This document shows, in pieces, positions 1 through 13,899 of a stretch of DNA of 64,000 nt. Numbering within the stretch: the stretch's first letter is position 1; each line of letters begins with the position of its first letter. Made by a program: the position numbers and the translations under genes. The notes beneath the pieces were generated by a model. The model was not told the DNA's origin, ran no database searches, and saw only the letters and a program-made list of their open reading frames with translations. Source of the stretch: Callorhinchus milii (lineage: Eukaryota); NCBI RefSeq assembly GCF_018977255.1, contig NW_024704743.1:6822001-6886000 (forward strand), read 5' to 3'.

Positions 1-744
1 AGGAGGGACAAATGGTTCATAATGATTCAGAGAAAATAATATATAATACTCCTTATAATCCTTGCATTTGATTTAGCGCCTTATCACGTCGTTGAGACGT
101 CTCAAAGCGCTTCACAGAATATATTGTAAAGTAGATTGACTGTATATTTTGTGGGCAAAACACGGCAGCCAATTGATAGAGTATCAATAGATATCAAATA
201 TCAACAGAACCCTAGTGTTTAGAATTAAAGTTTATTACTGACTCTGCTGCCCATCAACTCTGCGCTGATGTTAGTCTCCACATGAGCCACCATGCCAAAT
301 CCCACTCTCCTGCACACTCCCCACACTCTGACATTCCTCTTTTTCAACCGTCTAATCTAATTCCTTTTTAAATAATTCATAGGCTTTTGCTTCAACATCA
401 GTTTGTGACAGAGAATTCCAATTCCACCCACCCTCTGTGCAAAGAATGTTTTTTTTNCTAACTTCCCCGTTTACGACCACAACCATTACAACACATTAAC
501 CACAGTCAGGCGCTTGGGTCCTCAGGTGCCGTCAACTCAAGGTTCTTGTTTCAGGTGAAACAGGGTATTTTAATTGTGGACCAAAGTTTCAGGGAGACTT
601 TACAAACAGATTTTTTTAAAAAAGTGATCTTAATTCTTCCAAGTCTTTAAAAGGTCAAATGCCCCTTGTAAAAGATTGAGTCTGAAAGATCGTCATTCTT
701 CACAAGCAGCAAACAATAGGATCCCAAAGTACAAACTCTGCGTT

Positions 745-1640
745 CAACAACAACGTGCATTTATATAACACCCTTCATATGGGTAACGTCTCAGAGCGCT
801 TAACAGTGGCGGAGCTTGACATCAAGCTGGGTGGGGGGAGAGAGGGAAGGTGAAGAGGAAGATCTTCAAGTGCAAGGTAAAGACAGGCAAGGAGGGGGCA
901 AGGTGGAGGAATTCAGGCAGAGATTTCAGAGGTTTCAGGGTGTTGTGGCTGAAAGCACAAACAAACCAGTCGATCTTCAGGATTTGAAAGCTGACAGGAA
1001 AACGTTGAGGCAGCGGGATTTCAAGAGAAAATTTCAGAAGGAAGGGTCAAAATGGCCTTCAATGGGGCAGATATGGTGGGGGGCATGAAGCTGGCTGGAA
1101 TAGGTGGAGTGGCCAGGGGAGAAACATTCAAAGTCATGGAGGCATTTGAAATTGAGAATGAAGTTGTTAACTTCATCCACTAGGGAACAGTGTGGCTGGA
1201 TGAGAATGGGGGCAACGGGAAGAGGACATGGGCTGTGGCGTTCTGTATAGCTTACAGGGTTTATGTGGGGTGGGGCTGGGGATGCTAGCAAAAGGATCTA
1301 GGATCAAGGAGTCTGGAGGCAATAAAGGGTTGAATGTCAGTTTTGGGTGTGTTTGGGGTGAGGGTTGCAAAGATGAAAAAATCAGACTTGGTGAGAGATC
1401 GGATTAAAGGTTTGAAGGAGAGTTGTGGGTTAAATAAAACACTGAAGATCCACACAGGTCCTGATTTGCGGGCAGAAAATTCATAGGAGCCAAGCAGGAT
1501 AGGTCCAGTTTGTTGACACTAAAATGACTTGATGTCACTAGGGGGAAGCAGAACCCTATGGAATGTCTCTCATGACTGTGCAGGGGCAAGAGGAGGAACC
1601 ATTAGATGAGACGAAGTGAAGATGCTGGGATGAGTACGAA
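745..1640 (-). mobile_element. Highly degraded L2-clade LINE fragment with 3' tail
   Basis: (TTG)n tail with TGAAGGGTGTTATATAAATG at about 745-800, followed by a purine-rich plus strand typical of antisense L2 ORF2. Confidence 0.6.
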
Positions 1641-1934
1641 TGAGCGCTTCTCAACGTGCTTCACAGAAGATATTGTAAAGTGAATTGACTGTATATTTTG
1701 TGGCAGCCAATTGCGCCTGGCAGTGTTCCAAAAGCAAGTGTAGATTGAGTAACCAAATTATTATTTTTTTTGAAGAGATTATTAACCCTGGAAAAGCGAT
1801 CTAACACTCCTTCCTTACTGCTGGGTAAACAGAGGTGTGTGGAATAAAGAAACTTGCCGAATGTTTCGCCCTGCCTGGAAAGCGAGCTCGGGTCGAAGCA
1901 GGCACAGGGAGCTATATAAAATAATCACGAATAT

Positions 1935-2325
1935 TATGCTTTGACCAGGGATGTCTCAGTATCATGGGCAGAGCGAAAGCCAGAGTGGAGGGACTTGGTA
2001 AAGGAAATAGTGGGAGAGTAAGTCTGTGTTCCAGTACCTAGGAGAGATGGGCAGATTAAAGAGTGATAGCTAGAGGTTTGGGAGGGGTCCAGTGTAGTTA
2101 TAGGAGTAAAAAAAAAGGGGGGGGGGGGGCGCGGGGTAGTGATGGCAGTTCTGAAAGGGAAGTTCCAGGGAGGAGTGAGAAGTTGATGACTTAGGCTGGT
2201 GGGTGGGTGAGAAGAATGGTACATGGGTAGGAGCGATATAGGAATAGGTTCAAGGAAGCAGGTGGTAGGTTTCGTGCGGGGGCTGAGGGGGAAGTGGAAA
2301 GAGGGGTAGACATTAACAGAGTCGG
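1935..2325 (-). mobile_element. L2-clade LINE RT fragment
   Basis: Translates to LDPS...SGFRSAHDTETSLVK, the QSGFRxxHSTETALxK motif of L2/CR1 RT. Confidence 0.8.
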
Positions 2326-2563
2326 TCAGGAGTTAAGGTATTTCACAAGTTTGACATTCTGCTTTCTGAGTGACCCTGACTTCATACAGACTAAATTGTA
2401 GACGTGACACAAAGCATTGACAGCTGAAAATGCAGAAATTCAGCCTTGAGACTCTTTCAGGCTTTATTTTGTCAGTCGTACTTTACGTTATCCACCCGCT
2501 CTGGTGAAGCTCAGGGAAAAGGGTTATTGAAAGAGCACTTTCACAGGTGTTACATGTCCTCAC

Positions 2564-2644
2564 CTTGAGATGGGGTTTTGACAGAAGTTTCACGAGCTCT
2601 CTGATCTCACTGTTCATTGGTGTGCTGTGCAGGTCTTCAGTGAG
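2564..2644 (-). CDS. MPP7: MPP7 coding exon, 81 nt (LTEDLHSTPMNSEIRELVKLLSKPHLK), L27 domain 2
   Basis: ttcatag|CTCACT...CTCAAG|gtgagg, phase 0/0. NSEIRELxKLLSKP matches MPP7 better than MPP3. Confidence 0.95.
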
Positions 2645-5600
2645 CTATGAAAGAGATTGAATTGACAAGAGAAAATTTCAGTGTAGTTTTTAACTCGGAG
2701 CATCAGTGACATCTGAGAATCTATCTTGTTCAAGGCTATTACTTTCCAGGGTGTTCAAACTAAGGCCAGCATGAAGAATAACAGACCATTAATCACCAGT
2801 CTTCTTTTCTGGCCCTCAGTAGACAAGCTCTGGCTAGGCCCCATCAGCTCAGTATAACTCAAGTAATCATATGTGGCAACTCTACAGCCAGATCAACCTC
2901 TGATTTATTATAAGGAATGGAGAATCCCAGCACCCATGGTAGTGAAAAAAACCTTTGCATGCAAACAAACCCGTGTTTTACAGAGGCAGGCTCTATCTCC
3001 CACACTTGCTTCATGACCTGTTTTCAGTGCGGCGTTCTAAAATTTACACTACTGCATTGCAGACTGCAGCTGTTCTCTGTGCAGATGAGAGTCGATATGG
3101 TGCCACCCACTGATCTTGATTAAACATTGCAAGTCTGGAGAAGTGGAATGTGTCCATGCTGCACAGGAACAGTAAATGCCTGTCTTCCTTCTGCACTGGT
3201 TTGAAACCACCGAAGAAACATATCTAGGTTTTGTTTTTAATAATAATAAACTTTGCATTTGATATCGCCCCTTATTACATTGCTGCAAAGTATCAAAGTG
3301 CTTCACGGAATATACTGTAAAGTGAATTGACTGTATATTGTTGTTAACTATCTACTCAAGAAATTATCAACTGATGTTAATATCTCCACACGATGAATAC
3401 CAACACTCTAGACTTCAACACTGCCTGACCTAATCCTATGGGTAAGGTGCAAATTGCAATAAGTGTAAATTGGTTAAATTATACAAAGGAAGTTGGTGCT
3501 TTTAAGAATAAGGCACATTAGCCAAAAGTTCAAGTACACCAATTATTTTAGTCACCTGGCTGTCCGAAACATGCGGAACCCATCCGAGTGCTTAAGAGTT
3601 TCCAAATCATACAGAGTTCCAACACATATGTATACCACTTGGTAGCACATGGAAATTTCTCCGTGTCTGGAATGGAATACACACTCACTCCCTGGAGAGA
3701 CACACCCTGCTTATCTATTTCTGGATAGCATTAGGCAGATTCGTAGAGCCCAGGCTTGGGAACTCCTAAATGTGCCTTTTGCATACTGCCAGAGTTTAAC
3801 CAGCTAAAATTTCCCACTGAAACCACTGTCTGGCAAGCTTCCTGTTATTTGTCCTGCTAGGACCACAATACTGGACTCCTGGATGTACAAACATGCGTTC
3901 ACAAACCAGGACTCTAGATAACGCCTTTCACAGTCTGTCGTTCCAAACCTCAGAGTTTCCTCATCAGCTATTTGACGGATATCTGCAGTCAGTATGTGGG
4001 AAGACCTTTAATGCCAATCAGTAGGCTGAAAAGGTACACTATCTTCACAAAAGGTTTTTTTTGTAACTCACTTGCCATTTTCATCATGACTATATCAAGG
4101 TACTGAATCATACATTCTACTGTGATTTATTTTATTGCATTGTGCTTTGTAAGAAATGTTTTCCAAGCATTAATTCACACAGCGTTCCTTTAAACCACAT
4201 TTACACGTTGTTGTATTCTTAGGATAGCTCTAATTCAAAACAAGTACTTATAAAATAACATTTGTAAATTTGGCAGGAAAACAAAAATTTAAAGGTGGAG
4301 TAGAGTTTCATAATACATTAAAGGGCTGGAATATTTATACAATTAGGACAAAATACTTGTCACTGTCCCAAAATCTGGCCAATGCATTATGTTTTTTTCA
4401 TTTCTTCAAACGTGCATAGGTTTCAGATTACTGTCAGTCGAACTAAACATTTCAGTGGATGTTCAATGCAATACTTCTGGCATTGGTTGATATGGCAGGA
4501 CTATCTGCAAAGACTCCTATTCTCTCTCACTCACTGCTCATATTTATTTAACCAGAGAGTAATTAGCAACTCGAACAGCTTACCAGGAAGGGTGGTTGGG
4601 TGCAGTGCAGGGCACTTAACCCATTAAAAACCATATCTAACTTTGCCAATCTTTCTTCAGAACTTAATTCTTGATGTCAGGAACATTGTTCACCTCAGTA
4701 CTCCATCAGAGACAGAACATCTCCAATAAATGGGTGACTAGTCACCACACCTAATACAGCAATAACAGCGACTTGTAATCAACTCCTGTCAAGGCTGTTC
4801 AATTCCTCATTTGCCGTCTCAGCTGCCCTTAAGTATCACACAATGCAAGCCAATTTGTCGTAGGACAGAACAAATCTTACATGGTTTATTTATAAAGCTT
4901 ATTATCCATAGAACTCCTTTGAGCTGGTGATAAAGCCTCCCCCCACCTCCCGAAAAACTAGCAAACTTCTACATCCTGGGGATATTTTCATACATCGTCA
5001 TTAGAAGGGAAACAGATCTTACCATAGAGTGCCTATGCACATCATTTCTGTTCAGAGTGCTTACCAAGTACCAATATTTTTCCTCAAGGACTTTCCAAAC
5101 ATTTGGCCATGCAAATATGAACCAGATATTCCTCGGCCTATGCTAACACGGCTCTTAAAAGGTTTCTTAGGATATGCATAAGTGTGTGGAGATTCCACAA
5201 GATTTTTCTTCCTATCCCTGTTGAAAACCTCTCCTCTTCCTCATTGTTGCCACTTAGTGTCTGCACATGTAAGACCAAATAAGTTATGCAGTTCATCATG
5301 TTGAATGCTTAGTCTTCCGTAATATGCTGTATTGATGCACAACAAACTGTGCCAGGTTGTGTGCAGAACAGTTTTCAATTACAGTAAGCAATATTTCCAC
5401 AGCAACGGGTTTAAAATTATAACCTACTATTTATTTAAGACATCAAGAACTTTTGCAAGGGAATGTTAGCAGCAAAAAAAATTACTTCTTAGCAACATAT
5501 ACGTGACCAAGCTCAAGGTTTCTATGAAACTTGGCCTCAAGTTATTTTTAAATTACTTTTAAATTAATTATTTTCTCCCAAACTTTCTTTTTGAGCTCTC

Positions 5601-5721
5601 TTGAAAAGAATAAAATCCACAGATCATCAAATCCATCTATCCTTTCCTAGCTGCCTAAAAAAACATAATGAATTATGCTGGCATGAACACAACTTTAACA
5701 AGAGACCAAGATTTAAATCAT

Positions 5722-5860
5722 GCCGATACTTTTTGTTAGGTAAGCGTATCAAGGGATATGGGGCAAGGGCGGGTAATTGGAGTTGAGGTACAGATCAGCC
5801 ATGGTCTTATAGAATGGCAGAACAGGCTTGAGGGGCTGAATGGCCTACTCCTGTTCCTGT
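5722..5860 (+). mobile_element. CR1-clade (shark HER1-like) LINE 3' end
   Basis: ATCAAGGGATATGGG...AGATCAGCCATG...GAATGGC...GAGGGGCTGAATGGCCTACTCCTGTTCCT; second copy at 62485-62597. Confidence 0.8.
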
Positions 5861-6412
5861 GTTTCTACTTGACACTTAAGAGTGCTCTGGATTGTTAAAT
5901 CAACGTAACTGGGTATAAACTAAGTTCATGCAATTTCACTAAATCATTTCTCAAACTGCAAGGGCAATTTATTAAGAAAAACAATAATAAATCAAATTGT
6001 AGAACACAGAAGTTTTACTGTAGCCATTTCTTATGCCCCATTTCTTTCACTCGTCCGTCTGTCATTTCACCCAAAGTGACGCTTTGTATTTTTATTGGGT
6101 CTTTTGCATTCCTTGTGCTTTTATATTGCCTGAAGCGTGTGTTATTTGAAAACTCCTCTCTTTTTTCTCCATTACGGGTCTAATCTGCTTTTTACATCAA
6201 AACAGCATTATTTTAGCAAGGAGAAGAAACACGGGATTGTTTTTGGAAATAAAGAAACCCAAGGAGATATTCAAAGCTTCTTTAGAAGAAAAAAATGTTT
6301 TGTTGGTGTGGGGGGGAGATGAAGGGACTCAAGCTGACTTCACCAGTTCCAAGCAAGTACTCAGGATGCATTCGCACCAAATGATCTCATCACCAGGATG
6401 AAAGAGACTTAC

Positions 6413-6490
6413 ATCATCTGCCAAAATGGCTGCGTCCTGAAGAATGGGCGCCGGGCTCTGCCTCTCGTATTGCTGAAGCTTCTCATGGAT
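6413..6490 (-). CDS. MPP7: MPP7 coding exon, 78 nt (IHEKLQQYERQSPAPILQDAAILADD)
   Basis: gttccag|ATCCAT...GATGAT|gtaagt, phase 0/0; similar to remembered human [26 protein letters not shown]. Confidence 0.95.
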
Positions 6491-6738
6491 CTGGAACACA
6501 ATCAGAGAGCTTAACGTAAATTCTTTACCCAGGAGGAAGCGAGGCAATATAATCTTACTGAACAAATAGAACTACAGCCCCTGTGACAAAAGAAAAAAAA
6601 GAATTATGGAAATCTGAAAACGTCAGAAACAAGAAAATGGCAATTCATCACAGATACTGCCAGTGGAAATTGAAGTTAAAAATACATGCATACAAACATC
6701 ACCTGGAAAATATGTGAAGTATTCAGTGTAATTGCAAA

Positions 6739-6972
6739 TCACCCTCTGGAACTCCATCCTGGAGTCCCTCTGTCTCGCGCCCCTCCTTTGCCTCCTTGAA
6801 GGCCCAACTCAAGATCTTCTTTGAGCGTGCCTTCAGTCATCCTCCCACCGCTACCCTGTTGCCCTCCACCCCTCTTGATTCCAACCCCCAGCTCGGGTGC
6901 AAATCCATGACTGTCCAGCGTCTTGGAACTCCTGAAGTGAAAGGTGCTATATAAATGAAATTTGTTCTTCCT
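6739..6972 (+). mobile_element. L2 3' end
   Basis: CTCTGGAACTCCATCC...CAAGATCTTCTTT... followed by tail GTGAAAGGTGCTATATAAATG(TTG)n, homologous to other L2 copies in the window. Confidence 0.85.
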
Positions 6973-8650
6973 GTTTTGCAAAACTAAAATTTTTTTTGCC
7001 AAATTTATTTTTCAAGCCCCCAATCTAGTAGATTACATCTGTATTATTATTTCATACACATCTGGTTTATTACTTTTTTTAATTTCCTGGGTGATGTAAG
7101 CTCAATTTCTTTTTTTCTATTGCTAATATTACAGGTCCAAAATATAAATATACTAAAAGTTTGTTTGCTTGAAGACAAAATTGAATAAAATGAAATTGCC
7201 TCACACCACAGCCTATATTTTAGCAGCTGCAGTTGCGAGACACCATGTTATAATTCAATTTAGATTTTATCATTTTTCTACTTTGTGAAGAGCTGAAGTA
7301 TTTCTTGGCACAACTTTAAGAACAGCTGATCCCTGGGAAGGTCAGACAGCAGCAACTGAAACTGCATCCCTCCATTCCATCACTGTGCATTGGCTCGTGC
7401 TTCAACCCAAGCTGTGTCCCATCTGGAGCTGCACTTCCTCTGTGACAGACTCTTTTCAGCCGCCTGACTGTGTTACTCCTTAACAGATACAGTCTATTCA
7501 TATTCAACATAAATCAGCTGCTCCTATGGAGCTTCTGACAACTGTTTGACATGCACATATGAAATAGTAACCACAGATAGCATTTCTACACATTTCAGTC
7601 AGTATTTTGGCACTAAATCTTTGATGCGCAGATAGCAGATAAACTACTTTTTTAATATAATCTTTTCAAAAAAATCTCATCTCGGGGTTGCTGTGGGTGA
7701 TACTAGCGAGGGCTTTTTTTTTGTCCGTCCTGAGAGAGTGATAATAATAATAATAATCCTTGCATTTGGTATAGCGCTTTTATATTTTTTATTTTGATAG
7801 TGGGCCTTCCTTTTAAACCGCTGCATAGCCCTAAACATTGGATAACTATGTACAGAAAACTGGAAGATGAGTAATCTGTAATGTTTCCTTCCACTGGATA
7901 AATATTAATGTCAAAACAACGTAAATAGAAAATGCTTTGTTTTTTTTAAACATGGAGGAAATGTATCTACATTGCTATAGTAGGTGTAGTTTGTATAATG
8001 GTGAATTTTAATCTAGAAAATATTTTTTGTAGTAACTACTCAGACAATAACTTCCTTTTTTCACTTAAATTTCAGTACATGTGGCATAATCTTATTCGAT
8101 TACACAAGAGGCAATATGGTTTGCGTGAACATAAAATATTATATACATTTAAACTCAATTCCATGAATAAACTAGCTTGATAACTCCTTTGTCATAAAAT
8201 CTCAAGCGAGTTATCTGGCAGACTCGGGAGTGAATTTATTTATCCCCTCTTCCCCTAAAGTACAATATTGGATTTCTGAAGTTTCAGACAAAATTCAAAA
8301 AAATTGTTCCTCGATGGAGGAACAATGAGGGCAACAGAGCACTGAGAGGAAGTGGAGAGTGAAATTACAGTGCAAGACATCCTTGATGTGGTTCCAGTTC
8401 TAGTTCTCTTCTCCTTAGTCCACTGGTGGCTCATTGCCACTGTCCTTAAGTTACTGGATGTCTGGTTTACAGTGTACAAACACTCTCAGTGGATAGATTT
8501 TAGAGGCAGAACTTAGAAACAAAATCCTGAATAGTTTGCCTCTGTTATTTTGGTCATGTATGAAGAATAAAGTTACACTTATATAACAATTGCTGCACTT
8601 CAAAATGGAGTACTTCGAGACAAGGTTTGATAAGGAACTATACCAAATAA

Positions 8651-8985
8651 ATTAATACTTGCATTTGATATAGCATCTTATCATATCATTGAGAACTTCA
8701 CAGAATATATTGTGAAGTGGATTGACTGTGTATTTTGTGGGCGAAACACAGCAGTCATTTGCGCACAGTCTTGTCCCATAAAAGATTGTGGATTGAGTGA
8801 CCAATTTTTTTTGAGGGATTATTACCCCGAGAAAGCGATCTGCCAAACGACTAACAACCGGGTTCCTACTTCCTACTTGGCAAACAGAGGTGTGTGGTGT
8901 AAGGAAACTTGTCTAAGGTTTTGCCCTGTCCGGATCCTCTTGTTTGCAAGGCGAGTACTCTAACCTATACACTACAGGACTCCAC
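8651..8985 (-). mobile_element. Older tRNA-headed SINE (long subfamily)
   Basis: GTGGAGTCCTGTAG head plus the extra core CCTCTGTTT...AAGTAGGAACCCGGTTGTTAGTCG that the young copies lack. Confidence 0.88.
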
Positions 8986-9961
8986 CAATATGCTAGTATT
9001 ACTGCTAATTTTCTTGGTGGCGCTGTGTAACTGTACCCCAACGTATATCAGTTCTTTCAGGAGGGGAAGGAAAAGAAGGGATAAAATTGGAGAAGATTTC
9101 AAACTTTCTTTTGTCAAGATGGTTAATTTCATTTCATGGCTATTTGTGGGGCACCGACAGTATTGTGCAATTGGGTTGTCACGTTCACCTACAAATAGTA
9201 AATCCACTTCACAGTAAATTACGTGAAGCGCTTTGGGATGTCCCCCCCAAAGTCGAAGGTGCTATACTAAAAGTAATGATTATAATAATAATAAATCCTT
9301 CAATCGAAAGCTTCCAAGTAGAAACAGTAGCTCAAATTAAGTGAACTTGTTCAGATAAGTCTTAAAGTAGCTAGCATGTACAACAGCTTTTTTTTTTGTT
9401 TTGCATCTTTGAAAAAGGTTTTTTGAATGAACTTATCTGCAGCGGTAATCCTTGCAGTTACATTGCGCCATCACATCATATCATCGAGATGTCTCAAAGT
9501 GCTTCACAGATTGTACTGTAAAGTGGTGACCTGAGGTGAATGCGCCAGCCAACTTGCTCACAGGAATGTCCCACAAACAGTCATGAAGTAAATGCTTTTT
9601 TGAGACAACACAATGATTTGTGCGATTGTTGGCCAGGGACCGGAAGAAACTCCCCTCTCTTTACGCTGCATTGGATTCAGCAAAGACAATATGGGCTCCA
9701 AGACCCTCAAAGGGCTTGAATCTACAAACTTCTGAGCTACCAACTGAGCTAAGCCCTTTCTCTCTACAACCACAGTGAGGAAAGGAAGGGCACCAGCACA
9801 ACTAGGTTCAGTATAAATGTAACACAAGAAACTTTCAAAAGAAGATCCCTCTGGTTTGTGGTAAGCTCACAGTTTGCCACTACTGGCTAGTAAGTTATTG
9901 ATAAAACTGTAGTAAATTATTACCACAGAATATAAAGCATAATCATTTGGAAAGATCAGCC

Positions 9962-10597
9962 GCCCTGTCTCACTCACAGGCTGCCAAAACCCTCATATAT
10001 GCTTTCATTACATCGAGGCTTGACTATGCAAACTCCTTGCTTCTCAGCCTCCCCAACTCCTCCCTCCATAGGCTGCAGATCATCCAGAACTCTGCAGCCC
10101 GTGTTCTCTCCCACACCAGGATCCGTGACCCTATCACCCCCATCCTCACCCAACTCCAATAACTTTCCATCACACAGAGGATACAGTTCAAGATCCTGTT
10201 CCTCACCTTCATGGTCTTGCTCCCCACTACCTCTGCGACCTCCTAACCCCCTACCATCCTGCTCGCTCCCTCTGCTCAGCGGGCTCCAGCCTGATTCACG
10301 TCGCCCACCTCGCTCGCCCCACTATTGGCAGGCGGGCCTTCTGCCACTCTGCCCCACTCTCTGGAACGCCATCCCGCAGTCCCTACGCCTCGTCCCCTCC
10401 CTTGCCTCCTGCAAGACCCATCTCAAGACCTTCCTCTTTGACTGTGCTTTTGATCTCCCTGCTTCCCCCCCTGCCCTCCACTCTCCCTGATCCCGACCCC
10501 CAGTTCGGGTCCAAAACTTTGTCTGTCCAGAGCTTTGGGACATCCTCTCGATGTGAAAGGTGCTATACAAATGTAATTTGACTGTTGTTGCTGTTGA
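9962..10597 (+). mobile_element. 5'-truncated L2 LINE
   Basis: AAKTLIYAFITSRLDYANSLL...LQIIQNSAARVL...; ends in the L2 tail with (TTG)n. Confidence 0.93.
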
Positions 10598-11050
10598 AAC
10601 CCACTTCTTCCAGAGACATTGCAAAACTTCCCGAATCACTGACTCGGGGGAAAGGTAAACAGGAACTGGAGATTGTTCCAGAAATGCAGACAATAACACC
10701 TCCCCCCTCTCAAAATATTCATCCATCTCTACTAAACAAACCTAACCTCCTTTTCTTCCACAGAGACCAGTCCTACCGACAAAAGCAATTTCTGTTGAAG
10801 ATTAAATATGCCCTGTGGAATATTCAATTCATGCTTCTCTTATTCCCCAGTACTGATCTCAACCAAATGCTTCTCCATTTTTTTTCAGTGGAGTTCATCA
10901 GCAATTGCATCAGCTATGGTTGCTAATTGCCTGTTGCCAGAATGACTAGACTACACTTTTAATGAGGATTTTGATCCAACAAGTTGCATTTACATAGCAC
11001 CCGTCAGTGGGTAGGGTAGCATCTCAGATCCTGCAATGTCCTGTTCAATA

Positions 11051-12175
11051 CAACAACAACAACAACAACAAGATTCCATTTATAGAGCGCCTTTCACGTT
11101 GGGAGGATGTCCCAAGGCGCTGGACAGTTGGGTCAGGACCCGAGCAGGGGGTAAAATGGTCAGGATGAGGGGAGGGAAGGGAGGGTGCGAGGAGGGGGGA
11201 AATGGTCAGGGTGAGGGGAGGGAAGGGAGGGAGCGAGGAGGGGGTAGAGTCGAGAGGGGAGCTGAAGGCTCGGTCAAAGAGAAAGGTCTTGAGACTGGCC
11301 TTGAAGGAGGAAAGGGAGGAGGCGGCGAAGGCACTGGGGGATGGAGTTCCAGAGCCTCGGGGCTGAGAGGCTGAAGGCCCGACCACCGATGGTAGAGCAG
11401 TTGGGGCGGGGGATGTGGAGCAGAACGGAGCCAGAGGAACGGAGGGTACGGGCAGGTAGGTAGGGGGATAGTAGGTTGGAGAGGTAGGAGGGAGCGAGGC
11501 CGTGAATGGCCTTGTAGGTGAGGATGAGGATCTTGAATTCGATCCTCTGGGGGATGGGGAGCCAGTGGAGGCGAGCGAGGGTGGGAGTGATGTGGTCCCG
11601 AAGCCTGGTGCGGGACAGTACACGAGCTGCAGAGTTCTGAATGACCTGCAGCTTGTGGAGGGAGGTGCCGGGAAGGCCAAAGAGGAGAGAGTTCCCATAG
11701 TCCAGCCTTGAGGTGATAAAGGCGTGGACCAGAGTTTCAGCAGCGTGAGGGGTGAGGGAGTGCCGTAGTCTGGCGATGTTTCGGAAGTGATGGAAGGCGG
11801 TGCCAGTTGTGGTGCGGATATGAGGAAGAAAGGACAGCTCAGGGTTGAACAGAACGCCGAGGTTCCTGACTGGCTTTGAGAGGTGGAGAGTGCAGCCTTG
11901 GATGCTGATGCTGTCAGCGCCTGAGGTGCGGAGGCGCTGACGTGAGCCAATCAGGAGGGCCTCAGTTTTGCGCACGTTGAGCTGAAGAAAGTTGTCTCTC
12001 GTCCAGGACTCAATGTCGGACAGGCAGCTGTCAGGACATCGGTGGTCGTGGAGTTGAGGGTAGAGGAGGAAAGGTAGAGTTGAGTTTCATCCACATACAT
12101 GTGGAAGTTAACCCCATGTCTGCGGATGATGTCACCAAGGGGGAGCATATAGAGGGTGAAGAGGAGGGGAGCCCT
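11051..12175 (-). mobile_element. 5'-truncated L2 LINE, best-preserved copy
   Basis: [32 protein letters not shown] (YADD variant)...KTEALLIG...VRNLGVLF...AFITSRLDYGNSLL...LHWLPI...APRLWNS; (TTG)n tail at 11051-11070. Confidence 0.96.
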
Positions 12176-13363
12176 GAGGGTTAGGGTTATGGGATGACAA
12201 TGCATTACAGTTCTCCTTCAGGATCCCAAGCCTCTAAATATGTGGAGAAGTTTCCTTCAGCTCATTTGGAATGTCCTGGACCAAATAGTGAGGTGGATTT
12301 GTGGTAAGCAAAGGAAGTGGCTGCAGAGAGGAAGGACACGGACCAACCGGCACCAAAGGCCCTCAAAAGGACCTGGATTAAGAGGCTGATATTGAGCAAG
12401 CCTGATACATGGCACTGGATTTGAACTTCTAGTTTATCAAGGTGGCTGGAACGTTACAACAACAACTTACATTTCTTGAAGCCAGGGGAACAATGCAAAA
12501 TAAATGCTGCGCTGTCAATGCCTGAAACAATGCTCACCTTATATTAAATAATAATAATCCTTGCATTTGATATAGCGTTTTATCACATTGTTGAGACATC
12601 TCAAAAGGCTTCACAGGATACACTGTCGGACACACAAATCAAACGCAGGACTAGACCTAACCAAATTAGGTAGCTGCACCACTTAACCAAAAGTGATCTT
12701 GGGTTATCAACACTATTTTAGCATGCGTCATTGAGAAACGCTGGATTAGAGCAATGATTTGTTTCATATCTAGCTGCCGGAAAGCCTGGAATTAGATTGT
12801 AACACCCACCTCAATCCAATTTTATAGATTTGTTAAAGCATATATCTGCGGTTAATGTTGACTTGAACCATCCAAGGTTTATGTCCTAATGTAAAACTCA
12901 ACATCTTTCCCAACGTTTCCTCCTTAGGTTTTCCTGATTAGATTTGCTGCAGGAAGATATGTGCCCACAAATAGGCCTGATTTTAGCTATTAATCAGCTT
13001 CTCACAGGTCAAAATCTTTTTACCTTGACCGTTTAACTTTGGAAACAGCGAGGCAATGCATAATGCAAAGGTTTGTTCCAACATAATGTTATAAGAAAGG
13101 CATTCTTGTGGTCGACGCAGATCTGAGAACCAGACACAAGCATAAATCAACTGCAAAATGCAATCAAGGTTCAAAACCTACTTGAGATGCAAATATATAA
13201 ATAATTTCAGTGCAGATGCTGAAACAAACAGCACTGCCAACTAAAATGTTTTCCTCATGTGAGCAGTACATTGGACAATGAAGTCAATGTTGCAAAAATG
13301 GAATCTAATATAAAGACGTGATGTGCGCTTATGTTTACATAAAGTGTTAAAAGTTCAGATATT

Positions 13364-13612
13364 GTCAACCTGGCTCAGTTGGTAGCGTTCTTGCCTTTAA
13401 GTTAGAAGATTGTGGTTCAAGTTCCAAGTTGGAGCTTTTTGAGTTCCTAGTCTGGGAATGACACCCCAAAGCAGTGCTGTGGGAATGCATTATTGTCAGA
13501 GGTGCCATCCTTCAGAAGAAATATTAAACAGAGGTCCTGTCTGCCTGTTCCAGTGGACGTTAAAGATCCCAAGGCACTAATTGAAAAAGTTTTTTCTGGT
13601 GTCCTGGCTAAT
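13364..13612 (+). mobile_element. Deu-domain SINE (SacSINE1/AmnSINE1-like), degraded
   Basis: tRNA head CCTGGCTCAGTTGGTAGC...GGTTCAAGT, then GAGGTGCCATCCTTCAGA...TTAAACAGAGG...GTGGACGTTAAAGATCCCA.GGCACTA (remembered Deu core). Confidence 0.8.
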
Positions 13613-13899
13613 AGTCTCACTCATAGCACTTCACAAGATTTATTGTAAAATGCAGTGATTGTGTATTGGTAGGCAAATGTTATTATAGCTTGTGCCTTTA
13701 ATTTGGAAATAATGGACAGTGACCTTTGTCACATCGATAACCAAGGCAGGAAATTTGTGCTAGTAATGTCCCACAAACTGAAGTCTAGATTGGAACCCTT
13801 GTCTAATGATAAGGTCAACGACAAACATCCACATCAATTTGGAAATTTTCCATGTTCCCTCTATTGCTGAAGGTCAATTTCTTCAGGTGGTTTCAATCA

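Noticed and set aside
6329..6565. 78-aa ORF as a stand-alone gene
   Set aside because: Only 6413-6490 is MPP7 coding sequence; the rest is intron that happens to be open.
7316..7510. Cys-rich ORF as an alternative MPP7 first exon
   Set aside because: No convincing in-frame splice donor before its stop and no recognisable homology.
11045..11950. 301-aa Ser/Pro-rich ORF
   Set aside because: Alternative frame of a C-rich L2 copy; the real homology is in 11274..11975.
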